Below, piece by piece: positions 32,301 through 42,034 of a stretch of 64,000 nt of DNA. The notes beneath the pieces are model-generated. The model was not told where the DNA came from. It worked only from the letters and a program-made list of their open reading frames with translations, and searched no databases. Where the stretch lies: the IMG/VR virus record IMGVR_UViG_3300050336_000030; one strand, given 5' to 3'. The stretch is from a virus (lineage: Duplodnaviria; Caudoviricetes). Position 1 is the stretch's first letter, and each line of letters starts with the position of its first letter. The position numbers and the translations under genes are program-made.

Positions 32301-32698
32301 TTGAGTAGTACAAATAGAAGCAATGCAAGAGAAGAACATGTGGCTGATTATTATGTTACGCCGATAGAAGATATTGAATTATTTTTAAAAGAGTTTCAAA
32401 AGGTAGAGTGTATAGATTGGGTAAATAATACAATACTTGATCCGTGTGCCGGAGGAAATGAAGAGATACCAGAATATGAAACATATCATCCCATGAGTTA
32501 TCCAACTGCAATACAAAATATTGTTTTGTATACCACAAGAGAATTGGATTTACTGATAAGAAAGATAAAGATACAGGAAAATTGATTCTTGATAAAGATG
32601 GTAAGCCAAAGAAAGGTTCAACTGACAGCATTGAATACTGTCACATGATTTGGAAGAAAGGGGTATATCCTGAGTTTACTCAGTTAAAAGTAATATAA
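32301..32698 (+). pseudogene. DNA methyltransferase pseudogene with an internal deletion
   Basis: N-terminal DYY.TP...ILDPCAGG is fused out of frame (at about 32513-32520) to C-terminal KR..F...GSTDSIEY.H..W.KG; the NPPF segment is missing. Confidence 0.6.
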
Positions 32699-32726
32699 AA
32701 TATCAATTTTGTTCACATTTTAGGAT

Positions 32727-32969
32727 GTGAAAACAATTAATAAAGAACTAATAAAACAACTAAAAGATGAATGCAGCAAGCTTTATCCAAACGGTTGTCC
32801 AATACAACCTAGAGGATGCGGAAAGACATATTTGTATTTAAGTCATTTTCTAAGATATTCTGCCTACCAGTTATACTGTCAAGTGTATGAATGTTGTAAT
32901 TATGAAATTACTTTAGAATCAGCTCATAAAGACATAGATGAATTTGTATTGGCACAAATGCCAATATAG
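32727..32969 (+). CDS. hypothetical protein (P-loop-like PRGCGKT)
   Basis: ORF following site 32695. Confidence 0.55.
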   Translation: MKTINKELIKQLKDECSKLYPNGCPIQPRGCGKTYLYLSHFLRYSAYQLYCQVYECCNYEITLESAHKDIDEFVLAQMPI

Positions 32970-32980
32970 GGGGTGGTAAT

Positions 32981-33241
32981 ATTACACGTAAAATTGAATG
33001 TCCTGTATGCGGAAATGAAGTTGAAGAAACCATTTATTCAAGTGAATGGGGAACAGAGGAAGAATATTATCATTGCAGTAATTGTGACTATGGTTATGAA
33101 TTTGCTTATGGAAACTATTTAGAATACATAAATGGAAAAGAATTTGGCTATACATATAGGACTAAAGAAGAAGATTTAGTTGATATGAATAAAGAGTACG
33201 ACGATATGAGAAATAAATATAACAATAATATAACACAATAA
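32981..33241 (+). CDS. Zn-ribbon protein with putative ATT start (absent from ORF track)
   Basis: GGGGTGG RBS; CPVC...CSNC; stop coincides with site 33238. Confidence 0.6.
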   Translation: MTRKIECPVCGNEVEETIYSSEWGTEEEYYHCSNCDYGYEFAYGNYLEYINGKEFGYTYRTKEEDLVDMNKEYDDMRNKYNNNITQ

Positions 33242-33280
33242 AAATATCATTTGCTTTATATTTTATAAGAAAGGAGTATT

Positions 33281-33544
33281 ATGGGAAAATCGGTATATAT
33301 AGTGTTAGTTATGATAGATAGCACGGTTGAAGTTGACTCAGTATGGTGGAATAAAGTCAAGGCGAAGAAAAGAAAATCAGATATAGATGAAAATTCAGAT
33401 GGAGCCGCATTGATTATTGATAAATGGGTAAATCCCAAAATTCTATTGAATTCTAAAGAATATACACAATCTAGAATTACAAAAGAAAAATTTTTAGATA
33501 GTCCGTTAATTTTTGACAATAGAGTTTTAAAGCTATTAAATTAA
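33281..33544 (+). CDS. hypothetical protein
   Basis: ORF with RBS. Confidence 0.6.
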   Translation: MGKSVYIVLVMIDSTVEVDSVWWNKVKAKKRKSDIDENSDGAALIIDKWVNPKILLNSKEYTQSRITKEKFLDSPLIFDNRVLKLLN

Positions 33545-33794
33545 AAGGGGAATGTTATGACTGTCAAAGAAGCAAATAATATAATTACTGAAATTGAATA
33601 CATAAGAAATGAGTTAAGTATATATACGGGAGAACACAAGGCAGAGTTAGAAAAAAGTTGTGATTTTTATACTGCTTTAAAAGAATCTTTCGACTACTTA
33701 AATGATTATAAAAAGATATTAGAAAAGAAGATTTTAGATGCAACATTAGATATATGAAATTATAGTTTTATACTATTAGAAAGGAAATTGAAAA

Positions 33795-34133
33795 TTGAAA
33801 TTAGAGTATGTTAATGATAGAAAAGGTAAACTTGAGTCTCATGAAATTCGTATGATTGAAGAAGATGTAGATGATATATTAAACATGTTTATTGATGGAT
33901 ATGGAGAAGATTTGTATGAGGCGTTAATTGAATATACTAAAAACATATTATTATTAAAAAACAAATTAGATAATCATATTGAAGAACTATTATCTGGTAA
34001 TATTAAATTTATTGATAGAAGAAAAAATGAGGTTACGGTAGAGATAATAGACAATTATTATACCGGAGAATTAACAAAAAACAATATAGATGATGTTTTG
34101 AAAAAATATAAAGAACATATACAATCAAGGTAA
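33795..34133 (+). CDS. hypothetical protein
   Basis: ORF between sites 33754 and 34130. Confidence 0.65.
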   Translation: MKLEYVNDRKGKLESHEIRMIEEDVDDILNMFIDGYGEDLYEALIEYTKNILLLKNKLDNHIEELLSGNIKFIDRRKNEVTVEIIDNYYTGELTKNNIDDVLKKYKEHIQSR

Positions 34134-34173
34134 AATTCCACATTTATGCAGATTTTAAGAAAGAAGGTGTAAC

Positions 34174-34488
34174 ATGAGATTTTTCTATGAGAACGGGTAT
34201 GGAGATACAGGATATTTTTCTGAAAAAGATATTATAAAAGCTGTTTATACTGCATGGAATATTGATGCTGATTTATGGTTATTAAATGATGGATTAAGAA
34301 AACTTGATCCATATAAATTTACATCAGAACAAGCTAAAATTGTATTTGCTTCACCAGAAGGATATTTATTTAATAGTGATGTATTAAAAGAATTTGGTTA
34401 TTACATGAATGAAGATAATGAGATAAGAAAAATTAGTACAGATGAAGTTGTTAAATATGGTTGGTCAGAAGTTAAGCAACTAATATAG
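34174..34488 (+). CDS. hypothetical protein
   Basis: ORF between sites 34130 and 34489. Confidence 0.65.
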   Translation: MRFFYENGYGDTGYFSEKDIIKAVYTAWNIDADLWLLNDGLRKLDPYKFTSEQAKIVFASPEGYLFNSDVLKEFGYYMNEDNEIRKISTDEVVKYGWSEVKQLI

Positions 34489-34948
34489 ATGAAATCAGGG
34501 ATTTATTATGAATGGAAAAGGAGTGGGTAATATGTATAGTGAACAATTAAAAAGAGTAGCAAATGAACTAGAAAAATTACGATTAGGTATTTATCAAGAA
34601 ACTGAATCAGAAGAATTTCACCAAGAAGTTGACGATGAGTTATTTTCTTTACAATCGCAAGTAAGGAGTGTTGCAGAAAAAGTAAGTTGGTATGAGTAAA
34701 ATAACTCTTTTATCAAGAAAGGAAGTGAAAAATTTGATTTATTCAATAATTTACATAATTATAGCATTGACTACAACCGGATTATTATATTGGTTTTTAT
34801 ATGATAATAACGATAGCGAGATAATAAGTATATTTGGAGGAATTGTATTTCCTTTAACAATTATTATTCTTTTGTTTAGTTTACCAGTGTTATGTGTCAA
34901 TAAAATAAAACAACGTAAAAGTTGAGTTTCATCGAGAAAGGAGTCAAG

Positions 34949-35314
34949 ATGAAAATATATCAAATACATAAGTCAGGTGGTTGTTATGAAGATCATTATG
35001 ATTATATAGAGTTTTCATATTTTGATTACAATAAAGCGGTAGAAAAAAAGGAAAAATTAGAAGCACAAGAACTAATTGAAAGAAAATGTAACGAGTGTCC
35101 ATTGGAATATTGTAATGATGAGTATTGTAACGAAGATTGTGCAACTTGTTTTGAAGAAAAAAGAATGGCTGATGCAATGAAATATTGCGATAAGTGCGAT
35201 ATTAAATTTACTACATATGAAGATGATGAAGAACCGACACTTGGATGCGTAAATAAGGTATCTCACTGGGATGATAACTATTTTAGAATTGAAGAAGTTG
35301 ATGTAATAGAATAA
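34949..35314 (+). CDS. Cys-rich hypothetical protein
   Basis: ORF between sites 34915 and 35315. Confidence 0.65.
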   Translation: MKIYQIHKSGGCYEDHYDYIEFSYFDYNKAVEKKEKLEAQELIERKCNECPLEYCNDEYCNEDCATCFEEKRMADAMKYCDKCDIKFTTYEDDEEPTLGCVNKVSHWDDNYFRIEEVDVIE

Positions 35315-35358
35315 ACAAATCAATGGTTCTATGATCTTACTTGAAAGGAGAAAATAAG

Positions 35359-35679
35359 GTGGAGCGATTAACTCAAAAGCAAAGTAATGGATATGACTTA
35401 ATTAGAATGAATGGAGATTGGTGTAATAATTATTGTGAAAAACAAGCTATAGAAACATGTAGAGATTGTACAATATTTGAAGCAATCCAAAAGTTAGCTA
35501 AATACGAAGACTTAGAAGAAAAACTATATAGTTTATGTAGAAACGATGACGAAAACATTGTAGAAAACATCATTAATATCTTTATTGAAACAATATTCCA
35601 GGGACAAAAACATGAAGGATTCGAAATCTTAACTAATGAAGACGCAGCTCTGTATAATGAATGGTTAAAGACAATATAG
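35359..35679 (+). CDS. hypothetical phage protein (ERLT family)
   Basis: VERLT...KLAKYEDLEE. Confidence 0.65.
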   Translation: MERLTQKQSNGYDLIRMNGDWCNNYCEKQAIETCRDCTIFEAIQKLAKYEDLEEKLYSLCRNDDENIVENIINIFIETIFQGQKHEGFEILTNEDAALYNEWLKTI

Positions 35680-35774
35680 AATGTGATTTTTATTAAGAGA
35701 TAGAAATATGAAACGATACTAAAATAATCCTGCCTAAACAGATTTATATAAATATAACACATAAGGAGGTAAAT

Positions 35775-35987
35775 ATGATTAAATTTTATTCGACGGGCTG
35801 TCCTCAATGTAATCAAATAAAAGCAATGATGGATAGTAAAGGTATTGAATATGAATACATAACAGATATTGATGAAATTATGAATGTTGCAGATAAACAC
35901 AATATTAAATCGGCTCCATTCGCTGAAGTCTTTGATGAAATCATGACAGCATCGACATTAATAAAATATATAAACACAAAACAATAA
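35775..35987 (+). CDS. glutaredoxin/NrdH-like redoxin
   Basis: YSTGCPQC...I.SAP; upstream of nrdD. Confidence 0.8.
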   Translation: MIKFYSTGCPQCNQIKAMMDSKGIEYEYITDIDEIMNVADKHNIKSAPFAEVFDEIMTASTLIKYINTKQ

Positions 35988-36001
35988 TAAGGAGACAATA
36001 A

Positions 36002-37771
36002 ATGAATAGTAGTAAAACAATAGTTGAAGGATATTTAAAGAAACAAGATTGGAGAGTAAAAGAAAATTCCAATTCTCCATATTCTTACGGTGGGCTTGGA
36101 AAACATATGATAGCTGAAGTGTCAAAAGATTATTGGTTAAGAGAAGTATATCCTAGTTATATAGCAGAAAGATATGTAAGTGGTGATATGCACATCCATG
36201 ATCTTGGAGGATTAACGTTATACTGTTGTGGATTTTCTCTAAAAAATATTATAACAATGGGAGTTCAGGGTATTCCTAATATTCCTACATCAAGCCCGGC
36301 AAAACATTTTGATTCTATATTAAATCAGATTGCTAACCTGGTAACTATCTATCAAAATGAAATTATGGGTGCAGTTGCATTTTCATCATTTGACACATTA
36401 TTGGCACCATTTGTTAAAAATGATGAATTAAAATATAGTGAAGTAAAACAGTCAATGCAAAACTTTATTTTTAGTATTAACTCAAATAGCAGAGGAGGAG
36501 CTGAACCAGCGTTTTCAAATATTACATTAGACCTAACTCCTCCAAATGATTTATTAAATGAATATGCTGTAATAGGGAGTGGATTGTTAGATTTTACATA
36601 TAAAGACTGTCAAAGAGAAATGGATATGATTAATAGAGCATTTTGCGAATTAATGATTAAAGGCGATTCAAAAGGGAAGCCGTTTGCATATCCAATTCCT
36701 ACTTATAATATTCATGAAAGATTTGATTGGGATAATAAAAATAATGATCTGCTATGGGAAATGGCGGGAAAATACGGATATCCTTATTTTGCAAATTTCT
36801 TAAATAGTGATATGAAACCAGAAGATGCAAGGAGTATGTGTTGTAGACTTAGGCTTGACCTCACTGAATTACAGAAACGTAATGGAGGATTATTTGGTAG
36901 CGGCGACAGTACTGGGTCAATTGGTGTTGTAACAATTAATTTACCTAGATTAGCATATAAAAATAAAGGTAATAAAGATGCATTTTATAAAGCATTAGAT
37001 GAATTACTAATAATAGCTAAAGATAGCCTTGAAATTAAACGTATTTGGCTACAAAAGAATGTAATTGAAACAAGATTAATTCCGGCTTTCAATACTTATG
37101 TTGGCACAATGAGAAATCATTTTTCTACTATTGGAATTGTTGGAATGAATGAAATGTGTGAGAATTTCTTTGCAAATAAAAAAGATATATTGTCTGAAGA
37201 TGGTAAATTGTTTGCTATAGAGGTTGGGAATCACATAAGAAATAAATTATTAAAATTTCAAAAAGAAACCGGAAATCTATACAATTTTGAAGCAACTCCC
37301 GCCGAGTCAACTGCCTATAGGTTGGCATTAAAGGATGCTAAAGAGTTTGAAGATATTATTACGAGAGGAACTAAAAAAGCTCCATATTATACAAATAGCT
37401 GCCATATACCTGTATCCAAAGTAAAAGGAATTAAAGATACTTTTGATCATCAAGAAGATTTACAAATTTTATTTACAGGTGGAACGGTAATACATATATA
37501 TTGCAATGCAGCAATAAGTGGTGAAACCGCAAAAGAAATTATAGATACAGTTTGTAAAAATTATAAAGTTCCTTATGTCAGTATATCTCCATTAAACAGA
37601 TATTGTCCAGAACATGGATATATAGCTGATGATGTAAATGAGTGCCCTATATGTCATAGGCCAGTACAAAAGTATCAAAGAATAACTGGATATCTCAGAT
37701 GTGTGGATAATTTTAATGAAGGGAAGAAAGCTGAATTCAATGAAAGAAATCAACTTAGACTCGAATATTAG
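36002..37771 (+). CDS. nrdD: anaerobic (class III) ribonucleoside-triphosphate reductase
   Basis: HIHDL, YC, SMCCRL, EATPAES, YTNS, C..HG...CP.C, RITGY glycyl-radical motif. Confidence 0.92.
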   Translation: MNSSKTIVEGYLKKQDWRVKENSNSPYSYGGLGKHMIAEVSKDYWLREVYPSYIAERYVSGDMHIHDLGGLTLYCCGFSLKNIITMGVQGIPNIPTSSPAKHFDSILNQIANLVTIYQNEIMGAVAFSSFDTLLAPFVKNDELKYSEVKQSMQNFIFSINSNSRGGAEPAFSNITLDLTPPNDLLNEYAVIGSGLLDFTYKDCQREMDMINRAFCELMIKGDSKGKPFAYPIPTYNIHERFDWDNKNNDLLWEMAGKYGYPYFANFLNSDMKPEDARSMCCRLRLDLTELQKRNGGLFGSGDSTGSIGVVTINLPRLAYKNKGNKDAFYKALDELLIIAKDSLEIKRIWLQKNVIETRLIPAFNTYVGTMRNHFSTIGIVGMNEMCENFFANKKDILSEDGKLFAIEVGNHIRNKLLKFQKETGNLYNFEATPAESTAYRLALKDAKEFEDIITRGTKKAPYYTNSCHIPVSKVKGIKDTFDHQEDLQILFTGGTVIHIYCNAAISGETAKEIIDTVCKNYKVPYVSISPLNRYCPEHGYIADDVNECPICHRPVQKYQRITGYLRCVDNFNEGKKAEFNERNQLRLEY

Positions 37772-38228
37772 ATATAAAGTTATTGAATCAGAAAGGATTG
37801 AAGACGCTCCCTTTGTAGGGGCGTTGATATCCGCCATAGATTGTAATTTTAATTGTTCTAATTGCTTTAATCAATCAATAAAAAGTTTACCTACACAAGA
37901 AAAGTCGGCGATAGAAATAATTAATTGTGTAAAAAGTAATAGTTTTAACAAAGGAATTATATTAGCTGGATTAGAATGGACTTATTTGCAGTCATACGAA
38001 GCTATTGACTTAGCTTATAATGCAAAAGAGAATGGATTAAAAGTAATGCTTTATACTGGAAGAAATTTCGATGACACAAAAATTCAGGCATTATTGTCAA
38101 CTGGAGTTTTTGATTACATAAAATGCGGAACATATAGAGAAGAATTAAAAACAATCAATCACATAGAATATGGGGTTACATTAGCAAGCAGTAACCAACA
38201 CATTTATAAACAAGGAACAGATTTCTAA
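37740..38228 (+). CDS. nrdG: NrdG-like radical SAM activase
   Basis: CNFNCSNCFN; YTG; D....G.Y; SSNQ. Confidence 0.85.
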   Translation: MKEINLDSNIRYKVIESERIEDAPFVGALISAIDCNFNCSNCFNQSIKSLPTQEKSAIEIINCVKSNSFNKGIILAGLEWTYLQSYEAIDLAYNAKENGLKVMLYTGRNFDDTKIQALLSTGVFDYIKCGTYREELKTINHIEYGVTLASSNQHIYKQGTDF

Positions 38229-38337
38229 ACCAAGCTATGATTTGATAAAGAAATTATAAAAGATATATGAAACAAATACATAAAGAAAGGTAGAATAATC
38301 CTAGGTAAATGGTTGCGCAACCGATAAAGGTGGATTA

Positions 38338-39282
38338 TTGGGATTTAATGTATTAAGTTTATGTGATGGAATGTCATGTGGACAGATAGCCTTAAAAGAA
38401 CTTGGAATTGAAATAACTAATTATTTTGCAAGTGAAATAGAACCAAATGCAATTAAAACAACATTAGATAATTTTCCTAATACAAAGCAATTGGGAAATG
38501 TTATGGAATACATATTAGAAATAAAAGATAATAACAAAATTATTTTAAACGAAGATAAGTTGCGAATACTTCCTAAAATTGATTTAGTAATTTTCGGTTC
38601 GCCTTGCAGGTCACTATCTAAGGCAACAGCCGGAAGAAAAGATTATAATAACGGATTAGATGGAGTATCGTGGTTATTTTATCCGTGCAATGCCATTCTT
38701 CAATGGATAAAGAAACATAACAATCCAGAAGTTGAATTTATGGTTGAGAATGTAGATAGTAATAATAAAGAAGATTTAAATGAGATAAGCACATTATTAG
38801 GAGTTCAACCTGTATTGATTGATAGTAATTTATTTTCTGCTCAAGATAGAAAGAGAAACTATTGGACTAATATTGATATTCCTGAATTACCAAAGGAAAA
38901 TAAATTGGTTTTACAAGATATACTCGATGAAGAAGTAGATGAAAAATATTATTATTATCAAAGTTTTGATTTTAAAGGAGAAGATCATAAAGTAGCAGCA
39001 ATATTACATATTAACGGACACGACATATTAAAACGTGTTAATAGCAAATACTTCAAAGCTCCAACACTAACTTCGTGCAGAGGAGGTAATACACAAAAGA
39101 AAGTTTACGACAATGGAAGATGTAGAAAGCTTACACCTAATGAGTATAGAAAACTTCAAACAATTCCTAACTGGTATATTATGAATATTGCAAATAGTAA
39201 TATTTATAATATTTGTGGTGATGGATGGACGATTGAGGTAATCAAACATATTTTTAAAGGATTAAAAGTATACAATATATAG
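38338..39282 (+). CDS. C5-cytosine DNA methyltransferase
   Basis: LSLCDG, GSPC, ENV, Q.RKR.YW, R.LT..E...LQ, GDGW. Confidence 0.9.
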   Translation: MGFNVLSLCDGMSCGQIALKELGIEITNYFASEIEPNAIKTTLDNFPNTKQLGNVMEYILEIKDNNKIILNEDKLRILPKIDLVIFGSPCRSLSKATAGRKDYNNGLDGVSWLFYPCNAILQWIKKHNNPEVEFMVENVDSNNKEDLNEISTLLGVQPVLIDSNLFSAQDRKRNYWTNIDIPELPKENKLVLQDILDEEVDEKYYYYQSFDFKGEDHKVAAILHINGHDILKRVNSKYFKAPTLTSCRGGNTQKKVYDNGRCRKLTPNEYRKLQTIPNWYIMNIANSNIYNICGDGWTIEVIKHIFKGLKVYNI

Positions 39283-39316
39283 TATATAAGCATTGTATAA
39301 ACACAATATATTGATT
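39270..39316. promoter_or_regulatory. tandem NrdR-like boxes (pair 2)
   Basis: ATACAATATATAGTAT and ACACAATATATTGATT, 31 bp apart. Confidence 0.65.
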
Positions 39317-39364
39317 AAAAATCTTGATGAAACAGCTATTTTATACAGAGAGGAAGGAGTGTTT

Positions 39365-39661
39365 ATGACAATCGAAGAAAGATATATGAAATCTTCAGAT
39401 AGAGGCGAATTCAAGTATGAAGTATTAGAAGCAGATGAATGGACTGGAAGAATCGCATTAGAAGAGTGTATTTATAACGGTAAATCAGTGGGTACAATAA
39501 GAAATAATTGTGGTGAATATGAAGTAGAAATAGACAATCTTATAAATGATCCTGTTTATATTTTTGAAACTAGATCATCTCGAAAATTAGCTAGACAATT
39601 ATTAGAGCGAATTATTAATAACGATATTTCTAATAATGGAAAGAACAATAAATATAGATAA
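39365..39661 (+). CDS. hypothetical protein
   Basis: ORF between sites 39327 and 39658. Confidence 0.6.
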   Translation: MTIEERYMKSSDRGEFKYEVLEADEWTGRIALEECIYNGKSVGTIRNNCGEYEVEIDNLINDPVYIFETRSSRKLARQLLERIINNDISNNGKNNKYR

Positions 39662-39691
39662 AAGTATATTTCGATAATGAAAGGAGTTTGT

Positions 39692-40006
39692 ATGTCAATT
39701 ATATTAAAAAGTGATACATATCAAGTAGTTGGAATAAACAAGAAAACTAGTGTTAAATTCTTTAAAAATCTAAAACTTGGTAGCTTAATAAAGTTTGAAG
39801 TTGAATTAAAACGAGCCGGTAGTGGTAACCATGGAACTTATGCAACATACATAAAAGCTACAAATTTAAATACAAAAGAAACCATTGATAAATCATTTAA
39901 TCAAATGGCAAGAATATTAGATAATTATGAACTTGCAGATGGTAATAGAATTAGTTTATTACCGTTTCAACCAACAGAAAAAGAAATGTTAGATTGGACA
40001 GAATAG
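39692..40006 (+). CDS. hypothetical protein
   Basis: ORF with RBS. Confidence 0.65.
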   Translation: MSIILKSDTYQVVGINKKTSVKFFKNLKLGSLIKFEVELKRAGSGNHGTYATYIKATNLNTKETIDKSFNQMARILDNYELADGNRISLLPFQPTEKEMLDWTE

Positions 40007-40014
40007 GAGGAAAC

Positions 40015-40737
40015 ATGGCTAGATATATGCAACGTTATGTTGGTACATATAGGGTATTAGCTGATTATGATAAGACTAAAAATGATTTTCCTAGAGTAAT
40101 GGGTGGATGTAATGAGGGAAATTTAGATCCGTCATTTGATGATTTATATATAGTCTGTGCATCAGGAGCGAAAATTTATCATTATGGCGGGAATAAGTTG
40201 CAAGCTTATATACCGTCAATAGGAAAAGGTCATAATATCATAAAGGCTATTTATAATGAAGTAATTGGAAATATAGAGCCGCTAGGAAATAATTATAAGT
40301 TAATATACAAGCAGCTTATGGACAATGGACTAATATTTGATATTGAAGAAACTGATATGGAGATTTTATTTAAATTTAAGGCTAATAATATTGAAACAAT
40401 AGCAAAATATATGAAACCTAAAACAAGCGGTGTATCAATTTCTCCGTTCAGTAATAAGAATCTTACTCGTCAAAAGTATCATATACCATTAGAAGATTTA
40501 GCATTATATAAAGAAATTACGGCTTCAATTCCACAAGACGATTTACACATATACATAGATATAAATAATGGTTTTTTAGGTAAATTAGCGACTAAAAAGC
40601 ATAGAGATATAGACGAAATTAAAAAAGAAATTAAGACTAAAGGATTAAAGCAAAAAGAGTATTTTCATTCATTAGGGAAAGACATTTGGAATGATTATAT
40701 TAAATTTATTAAAGAATTTTTAAACAAGGAGATGTAA
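40015..40737 (+). CDS. conserved phage hypothetical protein
   Basis: GGAGG RBS; 240 aa. Confidence 0.75.
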   Translation: MARYMQRYVGTYRVLADYDKTKNDFPRVMGGCNEGNLDPSFDDLYIVCASGAKIYHYGGNKLQAYIPSIGKGHNIIKAIYNEVIGNIEPLGNNYKLIYKQLMDNGLIFDIEETDMEILFKFKANNIETIAKYMKPKTSGVSISPFSNKNLTRQKYHIPLEDLALYKEITASIPQDDLHIYIDINNGFLGKLATKKHRDIDEIKKEIKTKGLKQKEYFHSLGKDIWNDYIKFIKEFLNKEM

Positions 40738-41268
40738 ATGAAAAGAATAGCACAATTTTACAAAGTAAGCTTAGAACAATTTAAAAAAGATTGGTTAGAT
40801 ATATTTGGTGCACATGAATTTGAAGAGGGTAATTACGAGAACATATATAATTCAATAATACTGCCTAAGAGGGCTACTCAAGGAAGTGCGGGGTATGATT
40901 TTGTTATGCCTGTAAGTTGGAAATTATTTCCCAACGAAACGCTTAAAATTCCTACTGGAATAAGAGTAAAAATGGATGATGAATGGGTATTGAAATGTTA
41001 TCCACGTTCTGGGTTAGGTTTTAAATTTAGATTGCAGCTTAATAACACTGTTGGTATAATAGACGGGGACTACTATTTCTCTGATAACGAGGGTCATATC
41101 TTTGCAAAGATAACCAATGACACAAACGAAGATAAAGTAATAGAACTAAAACAAGGAGATGGCTTTATGCAAGGAATCTTTGTAGAATACGGAATTACAG
41201 TTGATGATGAAACAGAAGAAAAACGCAATGGAGGATTTGGAAGTAGTTCAGGAATGAATTTATTATAA
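40738..41268 (+). CDS. dut: trimeric dUTPase
   Basis: SAGYD, PRSGLG, GIIDGDY, QG, RNGGFGSS. Confidence 0.92.
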   Translation: MKRIAQFYKVSLEQFKKDWLDIFGAHEFEEGNYENIYNSIILPKRATQGSAGYDFVMPVSWKLFPNETLKIPTGIRVKMDDEWVLKCYPRSGLGFKFRLQLNNTVGIIDGDYYFSDNEGHIFAKITNDTNEDKVIELKQGDGFMQGIFVEYGITVDDETEEKRNGGFGSSSGMNLL

Positions 41269-41276
41269 AAAATATA

Positions 41277-41405
41277 GTGATAGAAATATGAAACAGTAGT
41301 TGACAAGTACGAAATAGTGTGTTAATATATATTCAACAGCAAAGGATAATGCCTGAAGAATACTATAAAACACACTATTTTTACAAAGTAATAGTTATAT
41401 GAAAC
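41277..41405 (+). promoter_or_regulatory. promoter bracketed by operators, with an internal inverted repeat
   Basis: Operator, then TTGACA(41300)-17-TAATAT, then operator. Confidence 0.75.
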
Positions 41406-41428
41406 AAAATAAATGAAAGGAGAAGAAA

Positions 41429-41791
41429 ATGCATACAAAATCAAATAATCAAAGTTATAACGTAATAATAGTTCCAGAGGGAACAGATGAGGTGGTTAGA
41501 ATTAAAGATATTGAAATACCACCAGGATATTATCAAACTAGAGTAAAGAAATATAAAATTGATAAAGTTGTAGATTACTATAGGGAGTACGGCACACTAG
41601 ATAAACCTATTAGTATTGCAACTGAAATTGCACATAACAATACACTAAGAGGATGTAAAGCAAATAAACTACATCTAATTGACGAATATTCTAGATACAT
41701 AGCTGCGAAGTATTATTTAAGGTTAAAAGTAGTTCCTGTAAAGTACATAGATTTAGATACATTTGAATTTGATAATGGTAAGTATGAGTGA
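41429..41791 (+). CDS. ParB/Srx-like small protein
   Basis: I.DI.IP...G.LDKPI...L.DEY.RY.AA......VPV. Confidence 0.55.
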   Translation: MHTKSNNQSYNVIIVPEGTDEVVRIKDIEIPPGYYQTRVKKYKIDKVVDYYREYGTLDKPISIATEIAHNNTLRGCKANKLHLIDEYSRYIAAKYYLRLKVVPVKYIDLDTFEFDNGKYE

Positions 41792-42034
41792 TATGGAACG
41801 AAAGGATGAATGTATGAACAAATATTTTATAGCATTTGCATTTACCGATAAAAACAACATACCTCGTTTTGGAAATTGTTTTTATACATGTAATAAAAAT
41901 ATAGAAGACGTTGAGTATTTGAATATGGTCACGCAAGATATTTCTAAGGCTAATAATATTCAAGATGTTGTTATAATGAATTACAATAAAATATAGTTAA
42001 AATGAGGTTTTGGTTGTGAGTTAGGAGGTGAAAT

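Larger units (their letters stand above)
25258..39675 (+). repeat. cassette block 2: 20 dyad sites
   Basis: Site starts: 25258, 28608, 29801, 30058, 30570, 30794, 31374, 32190, 32695, 33238, 33754, 34130, 34489, 34696, 34915, 35315, 35676, 38229, 39327, 39658. Confidence 0.75.

Noticed and set aside
21307-37771. Inteins or introns in dnaE and nrdD
   Set aside because: Lengths and motifs are contiguous; no splicing or homing-endonuclease signatures seen
5870-39677. ORF-track starts such as MSRKE, MKKGKN, MKGE, MLPNRG
   Set aside because: They read through the dyad site and RBS; true starts are downstream
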